Assembly (NCBI GenBank): GCA_963771175.1
Contig: CAVYSY010000038.1
Span: 160,001-224,000, forward strand
From: an uncultured delta proteobacterium
GTDB taxonomy: Bacteria; Myxococcota; Myxococcia; Myxococcales; Myxococcaceae
Direction: 5' to 3'
Length of the DNA stretch: 64,000 nucleotides
Part shown: one piece after another, positions 20,872 through 33,821 of the stretch
Numbering within the stretch: position 1 is the first letter of the stretch
How the letters are laid out: each line of letters opens with the position of its first letter
Notes under the pieces: generated by a model
What the model was told of the DNA's origin: nothing
Database searches by the model: none
Seen by the model: the letters and a program-made list of their open reading frames with translations, nothing else
Position numbers and translations under genes: made by a program

Positions 20872-20908
20872 TTCAAAAACCTGTCCGACAGTCGGACAGG
20901 TTTCTGAA
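20872..20908. repeat. 37-bp near-perfect palindrome
   Basis: TTCAAAAACCTGTCCGAC-A-GTCGGACAGGTTTCTGAA: 18-bp arms, one mismatch, 1-nt centre. Confidence 0.85.
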
Positions 20909-21036
20909 AAGTGCGCCCGGGAGGTGGGTCCAACCACCAAGGCCCGTGGTGGGGAAGAGCCCGAGTCCGGAAGTGACCCCCTCCCCCCATCAGAGGGAGA
21001 GGGCTTTGACGCTGATTCAACCCGCGAGCAGGGAGC

Positions 21037-23932
21037 TCAGCTCAGCGCTTCCTGGCACTTGTCGCAGACGGGGGCGCCACCGGCCACCTTCTCCGAGTAG
21101 GTCCAGCAGCGCGGGCACTTCTCGCCCTTCGCGGGGAGCACCTCCGCCTTCACCTCCTCGCCCAGCACCTGCGCCACGTTCAGCGCCTGCGCCTTCTCCC
21201 CTGCCCCGTCCGCCAGCTCCACCTGGCTCACGATGAGCAGCCCCGGCAGGTCCGCCACGTTCGCCTGGAGGAAGTCCTTCGCCTTGCCGCTCGCGCTCAG
21301 CACCACCCGCGCCTCCAGCGACGAGCCGATCATCTTGTCCCGACGCGCCGCCTCCAGCAGGCCCTGCACCGCGCCGCGCACCGCGAAGAGCTTCTCGTAC
21401 CGCTCCGACAGCGCCGCGTCCGGCTTCACCGCCGGCTCCGGGAAGTCCGTCAGGAAGACGCTCTCCGCCTTCGTCCCCGGCAGGAACTGCCACGCCTCGT
21501 CCGCCGTGAAGCTCATCACCGGCGCCAGCAGCTGCAGCAGCACCGTCGCCACCTCGTGCAGCACCGTCTGCGCGCTCCGCCGCGAGTGGCCCGTCGCCTT
21601 CGTCGTGTAGAGCCGGTCCTTCAGGATGTCGAAGTACACCGCCGACAGGTCCGCCGCGCAGAAGTCCACCACCGTCGCGTACACGAGGTGGAACTCGTAG
21701 GCCTCGTAGGCCTTGCGCACCCGCGCCACCACCTCGGCCAGCCGGCCCCGCGCCCACGTGTCCAGCGGCAGCAGCTCGCTCGGCCGGCACCGCGTCCTTC
21801 GCCGGGTCGAAGTCGTACAGGTTGCTCAGCGCGTAGCGGATGGTGTTGCGGATCTTCCGGTAGCCCTCGCTCAGGCCCTTCAGAATCTGGTCCGACAGGC
21901 GCACGTCGTTGCGGTAGTCGCTCGAGGCCACCCACAGGCGCAGCACCTCGGCGCCGTACTGCTGGATGATCTTCTCCGGCGCCACCACGTTGCCGCGGCT
22001 CTTGGACATCTTCTCGCCCGCGCCGTCCACCACGAAGCCGTGCGTGAGGCACGCCTTGTAGGGCGACATGTCGCGCGTGCCCACCGCCACCAGGATGGAC
22101 GAGTGGAACCAGCCGCGGTGCTGGTCACTGCCCTCCAGGAAGAGGTCCGCCGGAACCCGCTGCCGCCGCGCCGACACCGCGCTGAACGCGCACGCCGAGT
22201 CGAACCACACGTCGAGGATGTCCGTCTCGCGGCGGAACTCCGTCTTGCCGCACTTCTGGCACGCGAAGCCCGCGGGGAGGAACTCCTTCACCGGCGTGCG
22301 GTACCACACGCCCGCGCCCTCCTTCTCCACCGCGTCCGCCACCTTCTCCATCAGCTCCGGAGAGATGACCGCCTCCTCGCAGCCCTCGCAGTACGCGATG
22401 GGGATGGGCACGCCCCAGCGTGCGCTGGCGGCTGATGCACCAGTCCGGACGCGTCTCCAGCATGCCCCGGATGCGGCTGTGCCCCCACGAGGGCACCCAC
22501 TGCACCTTGTCCACCTCGTCCAGCACCTGCTGGCGGAACGTCTTCTCGCCCTTGAGCGGCTTGTCCAGCGGGATGAACCACTGGTACGTCGCGCTCGAGG
22601 ATGACCGGGTTGTGGCAGCGCCAGCAGTGCGGGTAGCTGTGCTCGACCTTGTCCGACTTGTCGTTGAGCAGCACGCCCTTCTCGACCAGCGCGTCGATGA
22701 TGATCGGGTTGGCCTCGAAGACCCGCTTGCCCGTCAGCCACTCGCCCACGGTCTCGTCGTAGCGGCCGTCCTGGCGCACCGGGTTGTAGATGTCGAGCCC
22801 GTACTTCAGGCCGACCTCGTAGTCCTCCTGGCCGTGCCCAGGCGCCGTGTGCACCAGGCCCGTACCGGCCTCCAGCGTCACGTGCTCGCCCAGGAGAATC
22901 TTGCCCCTGCCGCTCGTAGAAGACGTGCTGGTAGGTGCAGCCCTCCAGCTCGTCGCCGCGCGCGTAGGCGATGATGCGCTCGGGCTCCACCAGCGCGGCC
23001 GCCGACACCTCACCGCCCGCCACCTTCACGTTCTTCACCGCCAGCTCGTCCGCCTTCACCTCGGCCAGCACCTTGGGCAGCAGGTCCTTGGCCACGCAGA
23101 TGACGCGGTCGCCGAGCGCGTAGAACACGTACTCGTACTCGGCGTTCATCGCGATGGCGAGGTTGGCCGGCAGCGTCCACGGCGTCGTGGTCCAGATGAC
23201 GAAGGAGACGTTCTTGCCCTTGAGCTTCGGCACCCGCTCGGCCACCTCGGGGCCCGCGGGGAAGGCCACGTACACCGACGGGCTCGCGTGGTCCTCGTAC
23301 TCCACCTCGGCCTCGGCCAGCGCCGTCTGGTCGTAGAGGCAGAAGTACACCGGCTTCTTGCGCCGGTAGAGCATGCCCCGGCGCGCGAAGGTGGCCAGCT
23401 CGCGCAGCTCCTGCGCCTCGAAGGAGAAGTCCAGCGTGCGGTACGGGTTCTCCCAGTCGCCGAGCACGCCCAGGCGCTTGAACTCGGTGCGCTGGATGTC
23501 GATGAACTCCAGCGCGTACTCGCGGCACTTCGCCAGGAAGTCCTCGCGGTCCAGGGTGCGCTTGTCGATCTTCTTGTCCTTCAGCCGCTTCTCCACCGCC
23601 TGTTCAATCGGCAGACCGTGGGTGTCCCAGCCGGGGATGTAGTCGCACCGGCGGCCGGACAGGTTGCGGTACTTCACCACGATGTCCTTGAGGACCTTGT
23701 TGAGGGCGTGGCCCGCGTGGATGTGGCCGTTGGCGTACGGGGGCCCATCCGTCAGCACGAAGGGCTCGGAGCCGTCACGCCGCTCGAGAATCTTCCCCCA
23801 AATCCCCCGCTCCGCCCACCAGCCGAGCATCTTGGGCTCGAGCTGGGCCAGATTCCCCTTCATGGGGAAATCCGTCTTCGGGAGGTTGACCGTGTCCTTG
23901 TAGTCCTTAGGGGGTGCGCCGGTGTCGCTCAT
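21037..23932 (-). CDS. ileS: Isoleucine--tRNA ligase (apparent frameshifts ~22910, ~22592, ~22418, ~21780)
   Basis: [75 protein letters not shown]-terminal KCPRCW..CDKC. Confidence 0.96.
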
Positions 23933-24083
23933 ACCATCGGGCCGTAACACGGGCCCACAGGCGCTTCAATCCGCAAACCGCTCCCGGAGTCCCGGCGGCG
24001 ACGGTGTGGCCCCCATCGCCAAGAAGGCCCCGCCACGACCGGGAGTCCGAGCCCCCCTCCCCCGGGCCGTCGTTCCGGCCTTC

Positions 24084-25031
24084 TCAGTCGCAGTCCAGGG
24101 GCACCGGGGCGGACTCCGGCAGGCCGAAGGAGGCCGGCTCCACCCCGCCCCCGGCGTCATGGCACGAGAGCGTCGCGTCGCCGGAGATGGCCCGGTACAG
24201 CACGCACGAGGCGCGCTCGATGAAGGGGGCCTGCCGCCGCCAGTAGTCCTTGCCCCTACGGGCCAGCAGCGCCACGGCGTAGCGGTCTCCCCCGGGCACT
24301 TGCACCACCCCCACCTCGGTGAGGGTGTTGTACACGGCATCATCCGAGCAGCACCCGGGCGGCAGCCACCCCGCCTTGTGCATCAGCGTCGCGCGAGCGG
24401 CCTCGGGCAGCAGCGCCCCCATCCACCCGCCGCAGCCGGTGCGCGGGGTGAGCGTCATCCACTGGCGCAGCGCCCGCGTCTCCGCAGTGCCGAGCAGCTC
24501 GCCCCTGTCCAGCCGGGTGAGGACGTCCACCACGTCCCGGGCGGTGAAGTAGTTGTCGTCGCCCATCTCCCGGGGCGAGTTGGTGGCCGTGCGCGGCGTG
24601 CCGTACCGCCACCGGGTGAGCGCGGTGTGCTTCAGCCCCAGCTCGCGGTACCAATCATTGACGGCGTCCGCGCCGATCAGGTCGATGACCTCACCCGAGG
24701 CGACGTTGTCCGAGGCGCGGAAGATGGGCTCGGCATGGGGGACCACCCGCTCGGAGCCCACGCGCGCGAGCGCCGCCGCCACCCAGAGCACCTTCGCCGC
24801 GCTGGCCGAGACGTGGGGCACCTCGTCCGCCACGCCCGCGTACTCGCCCGTGCGGAGGTTGCGCACGGCGATGGCCACGTCCGAGCCGGGCGTCAGCAGG
24901 GCCGCCTCGGAGGAGAGCCGCGTCACCACCTCCCGCAGCGAGGGCGCCGGAGCCGCCATGGGCTCGGGGCGGACCTCGCGCCTCACACAGCCCGGCGCGG
25001 CCAGCAGCCCCACCACCGTCCAGCACCCCAC
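24084..25031 (-). CDS. Class A beta-lactamase-like serine hydrolase, probable lipoprotein (start approximate)
   Basis: SASAAK (SxxK), SDN and HKAG motifs; APGC lipobox. Confidence 0.8.
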   Translation of the reverse strand: MGCWTVVGLLAAPGCVRREVRPEPMAAPAPSLREVVTRLSSEAALLTPGSDVAIAVRNLRTGEYAGVADEVPHVSASAAKVLWVAAALARVGSERVVPHAEPIFRASDNVASGEVIDLIGADAVNDWYRELGLKHTALTRWRYGTPRTATNSPREMGDDNYFTARDVVDVLTRLDRGELLGTAETRALRQWMTLTPRTGCGGWMGALLPEAARATLMHKAGWLPPGCCSDDAVYNTLTEVGVVQVPGGDRYAVALLARRGKDYWRRQAPFIERASCVLYRAISGDATLSCHDAGGGVEPASFGLPESAPVPLDCD

Positions 25032-25110
25032 CGCGACACGGCACCACCCGGCGCGACTCAAGCCAGCTCCTCCTCGCGAATGAGCCTCGAGGGGAGACCC
25101 CGAGGGGACG

Positions 25111-25809
25111 TCAGGGCTTGCCCGTTTCGGGCCTGGGAGACAGCACCTCCTCGGTGGTGGTGCGGCGCATGACGATGACCACCACGCGGCCGGCCGGGCC
25201 CGGGCGAATCGCCACCCGCAGCTCCTCCCCATTCCGGCGCCACGTGCCCTGCGACGTCTCGGTGAAGCCCGCCGCGCGCAGCTCCGCCAGGTAGAACTCC
25301 CGCACCTTCGCCTGATCCGCCGTCACCGTGTACGTCAGCGAGCGAGCCCCCTCCATGTCGCTCTGCATCACGTCCTTCCCACCCGGGAAGACGGGGGCGA
25401 AGGTGCTCTGCTCCTTGCGCGCCTGGCCCAGGTTGGCCTCGCCCAGCACCACCGTGGTGGTGCCGTCCGGGTTGGGCTGCAGGATGAAGGTGTAGGAGAT
25501 GAGCCGATCCGTATCGAGCGCGGTGAGCTGCGGCTCCTTCAGCCGCTGGGTGCGGTGGGCGTCCGGAGGGATGTAGAAGCCGGCCGCCTCGAAGCGGTTC
25601 ACCAGGTGCTGGACGATGACCTCGGGCTTCTCGGTGCTCCGCACCGAGCGCAGCTTCACGGGAATCCCATCGGCCCGCATCACGCCCGGCACGTCCACCG
25701 ACTCCACCACCCGGGGCACGTCCCAGGTGAAGGTCGGCCGCTGCGCGGACGCGACGCCCGCGCCCAGCAGCGAGAGGGCCAGCACCCACGCTCGAGCACT
25801 CAGTTGCAC
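25111..25809 (-). CDS. Secreted hypothetical protein at end of Tad cluster
   Basis: Signal peptide (WVLALSLLGAGVASA); start overlaps the upstream TadE-like stop. Confidence 0.7.
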   Translation of the reverse strand: MQLSARAWVLALSLLGAGVASAQRPTFTWDVPRVVESVDVPGVMRADGIPVKLRSVRSTEKPEVIVQHLVNRFEAAGFYIPPDAHRTQRLKEPQLTALDTDRLISYTFILQPNPDGTTTVVLGEANLGQARKEQSTFAPVFPGGKDVMQSDMEGARSLTYTVTADQAKVREFYLAELRAAGFTETSQGTWRRNGEELRVAIRPGPAGRVVVIVMRRTTTEEVLSPRPETGKP

Positions 25810-26733
25810 TGGGTCCCCAGGAAGCAGTCGCCGCGATTGTTATAGGAGTCGTCGTACGGCGTGGTGGGGCTGTTGGCGCCCGGCGTCGTCACCCAGTCAT
25901 TCGGATCGCTATCGCCGCCTGGCTCGCTCTCCCGGAAGTCGCCCATGCCCCGGAAGCTCATCCAGAACTTCCCCGGGTCGATGGGCGCCGTGCCCACGAT
26001 GGTCTGCGCCAGATTCTCCGAGGCGCCATTCACCGTGTTGTGCGCGTCGTACACCTTCTTCGTGGAATCGTAGTAGGCCGAGTTGTCACAGTTCAACAGG
26101 ACGCACTCCCGGGACTCGTCGCTGCCGGCCAGCCCCCAGTCATCCAGGAGGATGCCGTAGGCCCCTGCACAGTTGCCACCCTTCGCCCGGCCCGTGCCAC
26201 ACACGGTGAAGGCCTTCAACGCGGAGTGGGCCACATCGAAGAGGGCACCCGAGCCCTCGTCCACGAAGTTGCGGGGGATGTTGATGGGGGTCATCTGCGC
26301 GCTGGAGGAGCAGCGCATGCCGCCCGTGTCCTTGTAGACACCATTGGTGGTGTTGCTGGGCTTGAAGGAGATGTCCCCAGCCTCCTCACAGGTGACGTTC
26401 AGTTGATCGGCCGAGGTGAAGACCTGGACAATCTTCTCGCGCCCCTCCCGCGAGGTGCGCCCGTCGAAGTCCTTGTATGCGCTCGGTGGCGTGCCCGCCC
26501 GCCGCGCCGATGGCGTTTTGCAGGTCCGCGAAGTTGCCCGGCAGCTCGTGCATCTTCGCGCTGGTGGTGTCCCACAGGGCGCTGGTGGACGCCTCCTGCA
26601 CCTTGAGCGAGAGGTAGCCCACCTCGGCGAAGTGGATGCCGAAGATGAACACGGTGACGAAGAGGAGCACCCCGAGCGCCATCTCCACGGTGCCCTGGCC
26701 TCGCTGCTGCCCGCCGCGGTGTCGCGTCACCAT
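25800..26733 (-). CDS. TadE-like pseudopilin (frameshifts ~26480 and ~26400)
   Basis: Prepilin motif RGQGTVEMALGVLLFVTVFIFGIHFAE; Cys-rich C-terminus in ORF 25800..26318. Confidence 0.75.
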
Positions 26734-28338
26734 GCCGAGTATCCTTTGTCCTTGAGGGCCTCGTAGACTTCCTGGGAGAACGACGCGGACTCGCCGAGCA
26801 CCTTCCCGATGTCCTGCTCGCCCTGCGTGTCCACCTGGGCCGAGACCAGCGTGGCGCGCCAGAAGGGATTGAGGAAGTTGGGCGGCTCCCGCCAATGGTC
26901 GCCCTCGCGCTTGTAGTAGGTGATGCCCGCCGAGAGCGCCGTGGCCTTGGAGATGTCCGTGCCCCCGTTGTCCGGGGAGAGCTGGATGCCGCGGTTGTCG
27001 AACTCGGTGCCCGCGCCCGAGCTCGAGACGCGGAAGCGGAAGAAGAGGTTCCAGGGGTCTCCCTTCCCGTCCGGACGCTTCGAGTAGTCGCGCTGGATGA
27101 CGGCGTAGCTCTTGGGCTGGCCCCAGTTGTTGCCGGAGTCGGCCACCAGATTGAAGTTGTAGTCCATGTGCGACGGCCAGATGCCGGGGCACTTCGTGCA
27201 CGTGCCCATGGTGTGCGGCTGCGCGTCGTTGTCACTCCCGCCGGTCCATTCGTGCTCGTCCGAGGTGTCCCCCTGGTGGTTGCTGCGCACGTGGGCCTTG
27301 GGCGAGGACGTCCCCGGGACCATCGGCGGGCACGGGGCCTGGCCCCGGCCAAAGAGGAGGCCGAGGTTGCCGTGGTCGTCCCCCCACAGCTCGGTGCCGT
27401 CGATGGTCTGCGCCGAGTGCGTCTGGCTCCCCTCGGCCGGGAAGTAGCTACTGCCTTCGTTGGTGAGGTTCGTGATGAGGTCCCGCTGCGGCAGCAGTTG
27501 CTGCAGCTTCATCCAGATGAAGGCCGCCTCCCCGCGCCCGGTGACGAAGGAGAAGCCGCGGCTGCCCATGGCGGCGTAGATGAAGTGCTGCTTGTTCCCC
27601 GCGTCGCGGCGCGTGCAGGCGGCACCCTCGCCCGAGCAGTTCTCCTCACCGGCGATCTCCTGCTTGATGACGCTCTTCAGCGCGTCGTTCGACAGCGCCT
27701 CGAGCTCCTCGCCAAACGCGGCGCCCTTGTTGGCCTCCTTGACGATGCTGCCGGACAGCGTCGCGTTGTTCAGGTCGTTCTCGAGCTGGTCGTAGAGGGT
27801 CCGCTGCTCGTCGGCGATGGAGGAGATCTGCAGCCCGCGGGCCTCCAGGCCGGCCGCCCGGTCCAGCTGATCCCACTTCTGCCCGAGCTTCTGGTCCTCC
27901 TGCTCCAGCTTGTCCTGCGCATCGGAGATGTCCGACATCGCCTGGGTGGAGCACTTGCACAGCTTCGCGCACATCGCGTTGGTGACAGCGCAGGGGCAGC
28001 TGGCCGCGGCGATGGCCGCGTACACCCCCATGGGCATGTTGTAGGCCTCTCGCGCACCGTTGATGGTGGCGCGGTAGTAGCTGCTCCAGGAGATGAGGCT
28101 CTCCACGCCAGCCATGGCCACCATGTGGCCCATCAGCGCCCGGTTCATCAGCGGAGATGGCGTTGAAGGTGCGCGCGGTGGCCACCGCGTTGGAGTAGGC
28201 GGCGGCGTCCGCCACCGTCTGCAGCTCCATCTTCTCGCGAGCCTTCATGCCGATGGAGAGCGTCATCGTCACCATCAGCACCAGCAGGAGCATGGTGAGG
28301 GCGAACAGCACCATCGTCTGGCCTCGGCGTCTCATCAC
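26727..28338 (-). CDS. TadG-like Flp pilus assembly protein (frameshift ~28150)
   Basis: RRGQTMVLFALTMLLLVLMV..LQTVADAAAYS Tad domain; C-terminal EPPNFLNPFWRATL. Confidence 0.8.
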
Positions 28339-29141
28339 AGGCCCTCCGGCGTGGGCTCACAGTTCTGCTGTTCGAAGAATTCCTTGCGCGCCGGCGTCAT
28401 CATCCGCATGCCGTAGGTGGCCTGGATGGGGTAGACGTACTTGCCGGACATCACCTTCTCCTTCAGCTCGTCCTGGATCAGCACGTCCAGGTTGACGACG
28501 GGCTGTTCGCTCTGCGACCAGCCCGCCTGCTTGTCCGTCACCATCAGCGGGTTGACGTAGTTGTAGTCCTGCAGCCCCAGGTGGGCGAGCAGCATCCGGC
28601 TGATGACCCAGTCCGCGAAGGGGATGCGCAGCCGGTACCAATAGATGAGGCGCACCTCCAGGCGTTTGGCGCTCGCGCCGTCGCCCGTGGGGGTGTCGAA
28701 GTCGATGTCCTCCGGCGAGGGCACGGAGCCGGCGCGCGGGTACTCCCGCACCAGCCAGAAGACGGGCCCGTCGTTGCCCAGGTCCCGGCCCGGCTCGTAC
28801 TTCGGCGAGGGGTTGTTGCGGGGATCCGGCCCCAGGCGCGCGGCCCAGGCGTCGGCCAGCTTTTGCGCCGCCGAGCCCCCACCCGGCCTCAGGAAGGGCT
28901 CCACCGTGGGCAGCAGCCCGGCCATCGCCGCGTGGATCATCGGCTTGCAGTTGCCGTGCTGGCGGCTACCGGCCCGCACCGCCTGGAACGCCGCGTATTC
29001 GGCCATGATGCGGCCCTGCAGCATCATGAAGAGCTGCAGCGTGCCCAGGATCAGGAAGACGACCAGAGGCAACGTCAACGCCGCCTCCACCGCTGCCTGT
29101 CCGGACTGACGCCCTTGGACGTGGAACTCCTTGGAACGCAT
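28335..29141 (-). CDS. TadE family pseudopilin
   Basis: SGQAAVEAALTLPLVVFLILGTLQL..AAFQAVRAG. Confidence 0.85.
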   Translation of the reverse strand: MRSKEFHVQGRQSGQAAVEAALTLPLVVFLILGTLQLFMMLQGRIMAEYAAFQAVRAGSRQHGNCKPMIHAAMAGLLPTVEPFLRPGGGSAAQKLADAWAARLGPDPRNNPSPKYEPGRDLGNDGPVFWLVREYPRAGSVPSPEDIDFDTPTGDGASAKRLEVRLIYWYRLRIPFADWVISRMLLAHLGLQDYNYVNPLMVTDKQAGWSQSEQPVVNLDVLIQDELKEKVMSGKYVYPIQATYGMRMMTPARKEFFEQQNCEPTPEGL

Positions 29142-29235
29142 ACATGTGGTTGTTCCACTCCCTCCGGAGCTTTCCCATCGGTCAACTGGACGGGGGTGCT
29201 CGCCAGGACGCTGGGGGAGGGTCCCCCCGCATCCC

Positions 29236-30684
<1,449 letters not shown>

Positions 30685-30753
30685 TATTTCCGATGATAGC
30701 AAACACGGCCGACGCGGCCCGCCCCCTGCTCGTGATAGGCTCGTCACCCTTCC

Positions 30754-31785
30754 ATGCCCGCCAAGAAGGACTCGTCCAAGAAGGCGTCCGCCAAGGCACG
30801 CCCGAAGGCCCCCGCGCGCCCCATCGAGCCGCCGCCCGCCTCCTCGCCCCCCCCTCGCCGGGCCCGAGCGAAGAAGACGGTGGTCATCCTCTCGCGCAAG
30901 CGGTCCCTGTACTCGACGCGGCGGCTGGTGGAGGCCATCAAGCAACGCGGGCACCGGCCCCTGGTGCTGGACACGCTGCGCTGCACCATGGTGCTCGCCC
31001 CGGGCAACCCGCACATGAGCTACCGCGGGGTTGAAATCAAGGGCGTGGACGTGGTGATTCCGCGCATCGGCGCCTCCATCACCGGCTACGGTCTGGCGGT
31101 GGTGAACCAGTTCGAGATGATGGGGGTGCCGGTGCTCAACGGCGCCTCGGCCATCTCCCAGAGCCGGGACAAGCTGCGCGCGCTCCAGCTGCTGTGCCGG
31201 AGCGGGCTCGACGTGCCCCGGACGGTGATGGCGCATGACCGCAGCAACGTGCGCAAGCTCGTGGAGGAGGTGGGCGGGCTGCCCATCATCATCAAGCTGC
31301 TGCGCGGCACCCAGGGGGTGGGGGTGATGATCGCCCACACGCTCCAGGAGGTGCAGACCATCCTCAACACCTTCTGGGACCTGGGGCAGGAGGTGGTGCT
31401 CCAGGAGTTCGTCGCCGAGAGCAAGGGCCAGGACGTGCGCGCGCTGGTGGTGGGCGACAAGGTGGTGGGCGCCATGCGGCGGCGGGCGAAGAAGGGCGAG
31501 TTCCGCTCCAACATCCACCGCGGCGGCGAGGGCAGCCCCATCGAGCTGCCACCCGCATATATCGAGGTGGCGGTGCGGGCCGCGCGGCTGGTCGGGCTGG
31601 AGATCGCCGGCGTGGACATGCTCGAGGGCCGCGCGGGCCCCCGGCTGATGGAGCTCAACTCCAGCCCCGGCTTCGAGGGCCTGGAGCGCGCGACGCAGCA
31701 GGACATCGCCGGAGCGATGATCGACCATGCGCTCGCCTTCTCGGCGGCACGCACCGCGGCCACCGGTCCGCGGCAGGTGGTGTGA
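30754..31785 (+). CDS. rimK: RimK family ATP-grasp alpha-L-glutamate ligase
   Basis: LYSTRRL, VIPRIGASIT, RDKLR, GTQGVGV, FRSNIHRGG, ELNSSPGFEG. Confidence 0.9.
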   Translation: MPAKKDSSKKASAKARPKAPARPIEPPPASSPPPRRARAKKTVVILSRKRSLYSTRRLVEAIKQRGHRPLVLDTLRCTMVLAPGNPHMSYRGVEIKGVDVVIPRIGASITGYGLAVVNQFEMMGVPVLNGASAISQSRDKLRALQLLCRSGLDVPRTVMAHDRSNVRKLVEEVGGLPIIIKLLRGTQGVGVMIAHTLQEVQTILNTFWDLGQEVVLQEFVAESKGQDVRALVVGDKVVGAMRRRAKKGEFRSNIHRGGEGSPIELPPAYIEVAVRAARLVGLEIAGVDMLEGRAGPRLMELNSSPGFEGLERATQQDIAGAMIDHALAFSAARTAATGPRQVV

Positions 31786-31920
31786 CGCACGGCGCCGCGC
31801 CCGTGGAGCAGGCGGGCAGACGAGCCTCTTGCCTGGTCCTTATGGGAATGGGCTCGAAATTCAAATGTCGGAGGGGATTGGCAGTGGGAGCGTGGGCTTC
31901 GTAATCTCTGCGCCGCTCAC

Positions 31921-32595
31921 ATGAAGCTCCTCCCCAAGCCGCTGCAGATCACCGTCTACCAGGATGTGTTGTGCGCCTGGTGCTACCTCGCGGACGTGCG
32001 CCTCGAGTCCCTGAAGCAGGAATTTGGCGACCTCATCCGCTGGCGCGTGCGGCCCTACCCGCTGCGCCTCCATGACAAGCGACCCACGGAGAAGGAGCTG
32101 CGGGGGCTGACGGAGGAGGTGCGCCGGGCCCAGCAGGAGCCGGAGCCGCTGGCGCGACTGCTGTCGACGGAGCTGTGGCAGGGCAATGATGCGCCGCGCT
32201 CCAGCATCCCGGCACTGGCGGCGCTGGAGGCGGCGCGGCTGCAGAGCCCCACGGCGAGGACGTACCTCGCGCGCGCCATGCAGCGCGCGGCGCTGGAGCA
32301 GGGCGTGAACGTCACGCGCACCGACGTCATCTTCGAGCTGGCCAACCGCGTGGGCCTGGACATGGGGCCCTTCTCGGCGGCGTACCACTCGGAGGACACG
32401 CGCAAGCTCATCCTCGACGAGCACGAGCTCGCCGCCAGCCGCGGCGTGCGCGGGGTGCCCACGCTCGTCATCGGCGGCCGGTGGATGGTGTGCGGCCTGC
32501 GCGAGGTGGCCGAGTACCGCGAGCACATCGTCACCTGCCTCGGCAAGGTGTACACCACCCCGCGCCCGGGCTCGTCCGAGCGCGTGGTGCACTGA
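31921..32595 (+). CDS. DsbA/FrnE family oxidoreductase
   Basis: YQDVLCAWCY CxxC and GVRGVPT cis-Pro motif. Confidence 0.88.
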   Translation: MKLLPKPLQITVYQDVLCAWCYLADVRLESLKQEFGDLIRWRVRPYPLRLHDKRPTEKELRGLTEEVRRAQQEPEPLARLLSTELWQGNDAPRSSIPALAALEAARLQSPTARTYLARAMQRAALEQGVNVTRTDVIFELANRVGLDMGPFSAAYHSEDTRKLILDEHELAASRGVRGVPTLVIGGRWMVCGLREVAEYREHIVTCLGKVYTTPRPGSSERVVH

Positions 32596-32613
32596 GCGCC
32601 GCCGCGGCGCGGG

Positions 32614-33582
32614 CTACTCCAGCTCGGAGCCGTTGCGCAGCGCCAGGTAGAGACCGCCCACGAGGAGCTGGATCAGGCCGTAGGCCGGGAGGATGCCCAC
32701 GCAACAGGCCAGCAGACCGACGAGCCCCACCAGGCCGGCGATCAACAGCACCCCGACGATGGACAGACGCTGGCCGCGCGCCAGCGCATAGCAGTTGCGC
32801 AGCGCCTGCACCGGCGTGACGTCGTCATTGAAGGCGAGCTCCGCCTGCAACAGGTAGAGCGGGATGACGAAGTAGATGGCGGGGACGAAGGTGACGAGGG
32901 ACGCCCCCACGAAGGCGACCAGCCCGACCGTCTCGTTCGAGCCGAAGATGCTGCCGCTGGCGATGTCCGCCATGGATACGCCCCCCGCCATCATCCCGAT
33001 GAACGCCAGCACGAAGAAGAGCAGCATCAGGGGCAGGACCAGCACCACGAAGACGAGGAACATCGTCACCACGTAGCGGCCCGCCTTGGTCCACTGGGAG
33101 AAGAGCCGGCCGATGTCCACGCCCCCTCCCTCCAGGACATCGAAGGCCACCCGCATCATCCCGAGCCCCATCACGCCCTGCACCACCACCTGCACGAAGA
33201 CGGAGATGAGCAACAGGGCGCCGATGATCACGAAGGAGTCGGTGGCCTGCATGACCACCCCCGCGATGTTGCCGGCGAAGTTGGCCACCGTGGTCACGGA
33301 CACCCCCACGAGCATCGCCACCGAGAGCATCAACCAGTCGCGCTTGAAGGCCTCGAAGCAGTAGTCCCAGAGGGCGCTGATGCTCCAGGTGTCCCGCCGC
33401 AGCGGGAAGACCGCGTCCCCGGTGCGCTGGCGGCAGGTGGGGCAGAACTTCTGCGAGCCCCGCTGACTGCAGATCTCGCACATGAAGTTGCCACACCGCT
33501 CGCACGTGCCCGTGGCCCCCAGCGTCGGGTGAATCGCACACCGCGCCCCCATCCCCCCACTCCCGGAATCCGTCACGGCCAT
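32614..33582 (-). CDS. Membrane protein with N-terminal B-box-like zinc finger
   Basis: CAIHP..CERCGNFMCEIC..FCPTC followed by multiple TM helices. Confidence 0.8.
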   Translation of the reverse strand: MAVTDSGSGGMGARCAIHPTLGATGTCERCGNFMCEICSQRGSQKFCPTCRQRTGDAVFPLRRDTWSISALWDYCFEAFKRDWLMLSVAMLVGVSVTTVANFAGNIAGVVMQATDSFVIIGALLLISVFVQVVVQGVMGLGMMRVAFDVLEGGGVDIGRLFSQWTKAGRYVVTMFLVFVVLVLPLMLLFFVLAFIGMMAGGVSMADIASGSIFGSNETVGLVAFVGASLVTFVPAIYFVIPLYLLQAELAFNDDVTPVQALRNCYALARGQRLSIVGVLLIAGLVGLVGLLACCVGILPAYGLIQLLVGGLYLALRNGSELE

Positions 33583-33821
33583 CGCTCTGTCTCCAGCGGC
33601 GTCCGGGCCGGAAGGGCCTCCAGGGAGCGCCGCCTCCCTCGCCCCCTCTTTATCAAGGGCCACGACTGAGCGAGCATCCCGGAAACGGCTCGGACACCGG
33701 GGCGAGGGAAAATCGGGAAACAGGGGGGGTGAATTTTCTCCCTGCTCGCCCGTCTGCTCCGATGTCCTCGCCGTGATGAAATGGATGGGCCGGCTCAGAG
33801 ACCGGCCTCGGAGAGCCTCCC

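Noticed and set aside
21037..23932. ileS, fumA and the flap endonuclease as true pseudogenes or programmed frameshifts
   Set aside because: Motifs are intact and ileS is essential; scattered indels fit sequencing error better.
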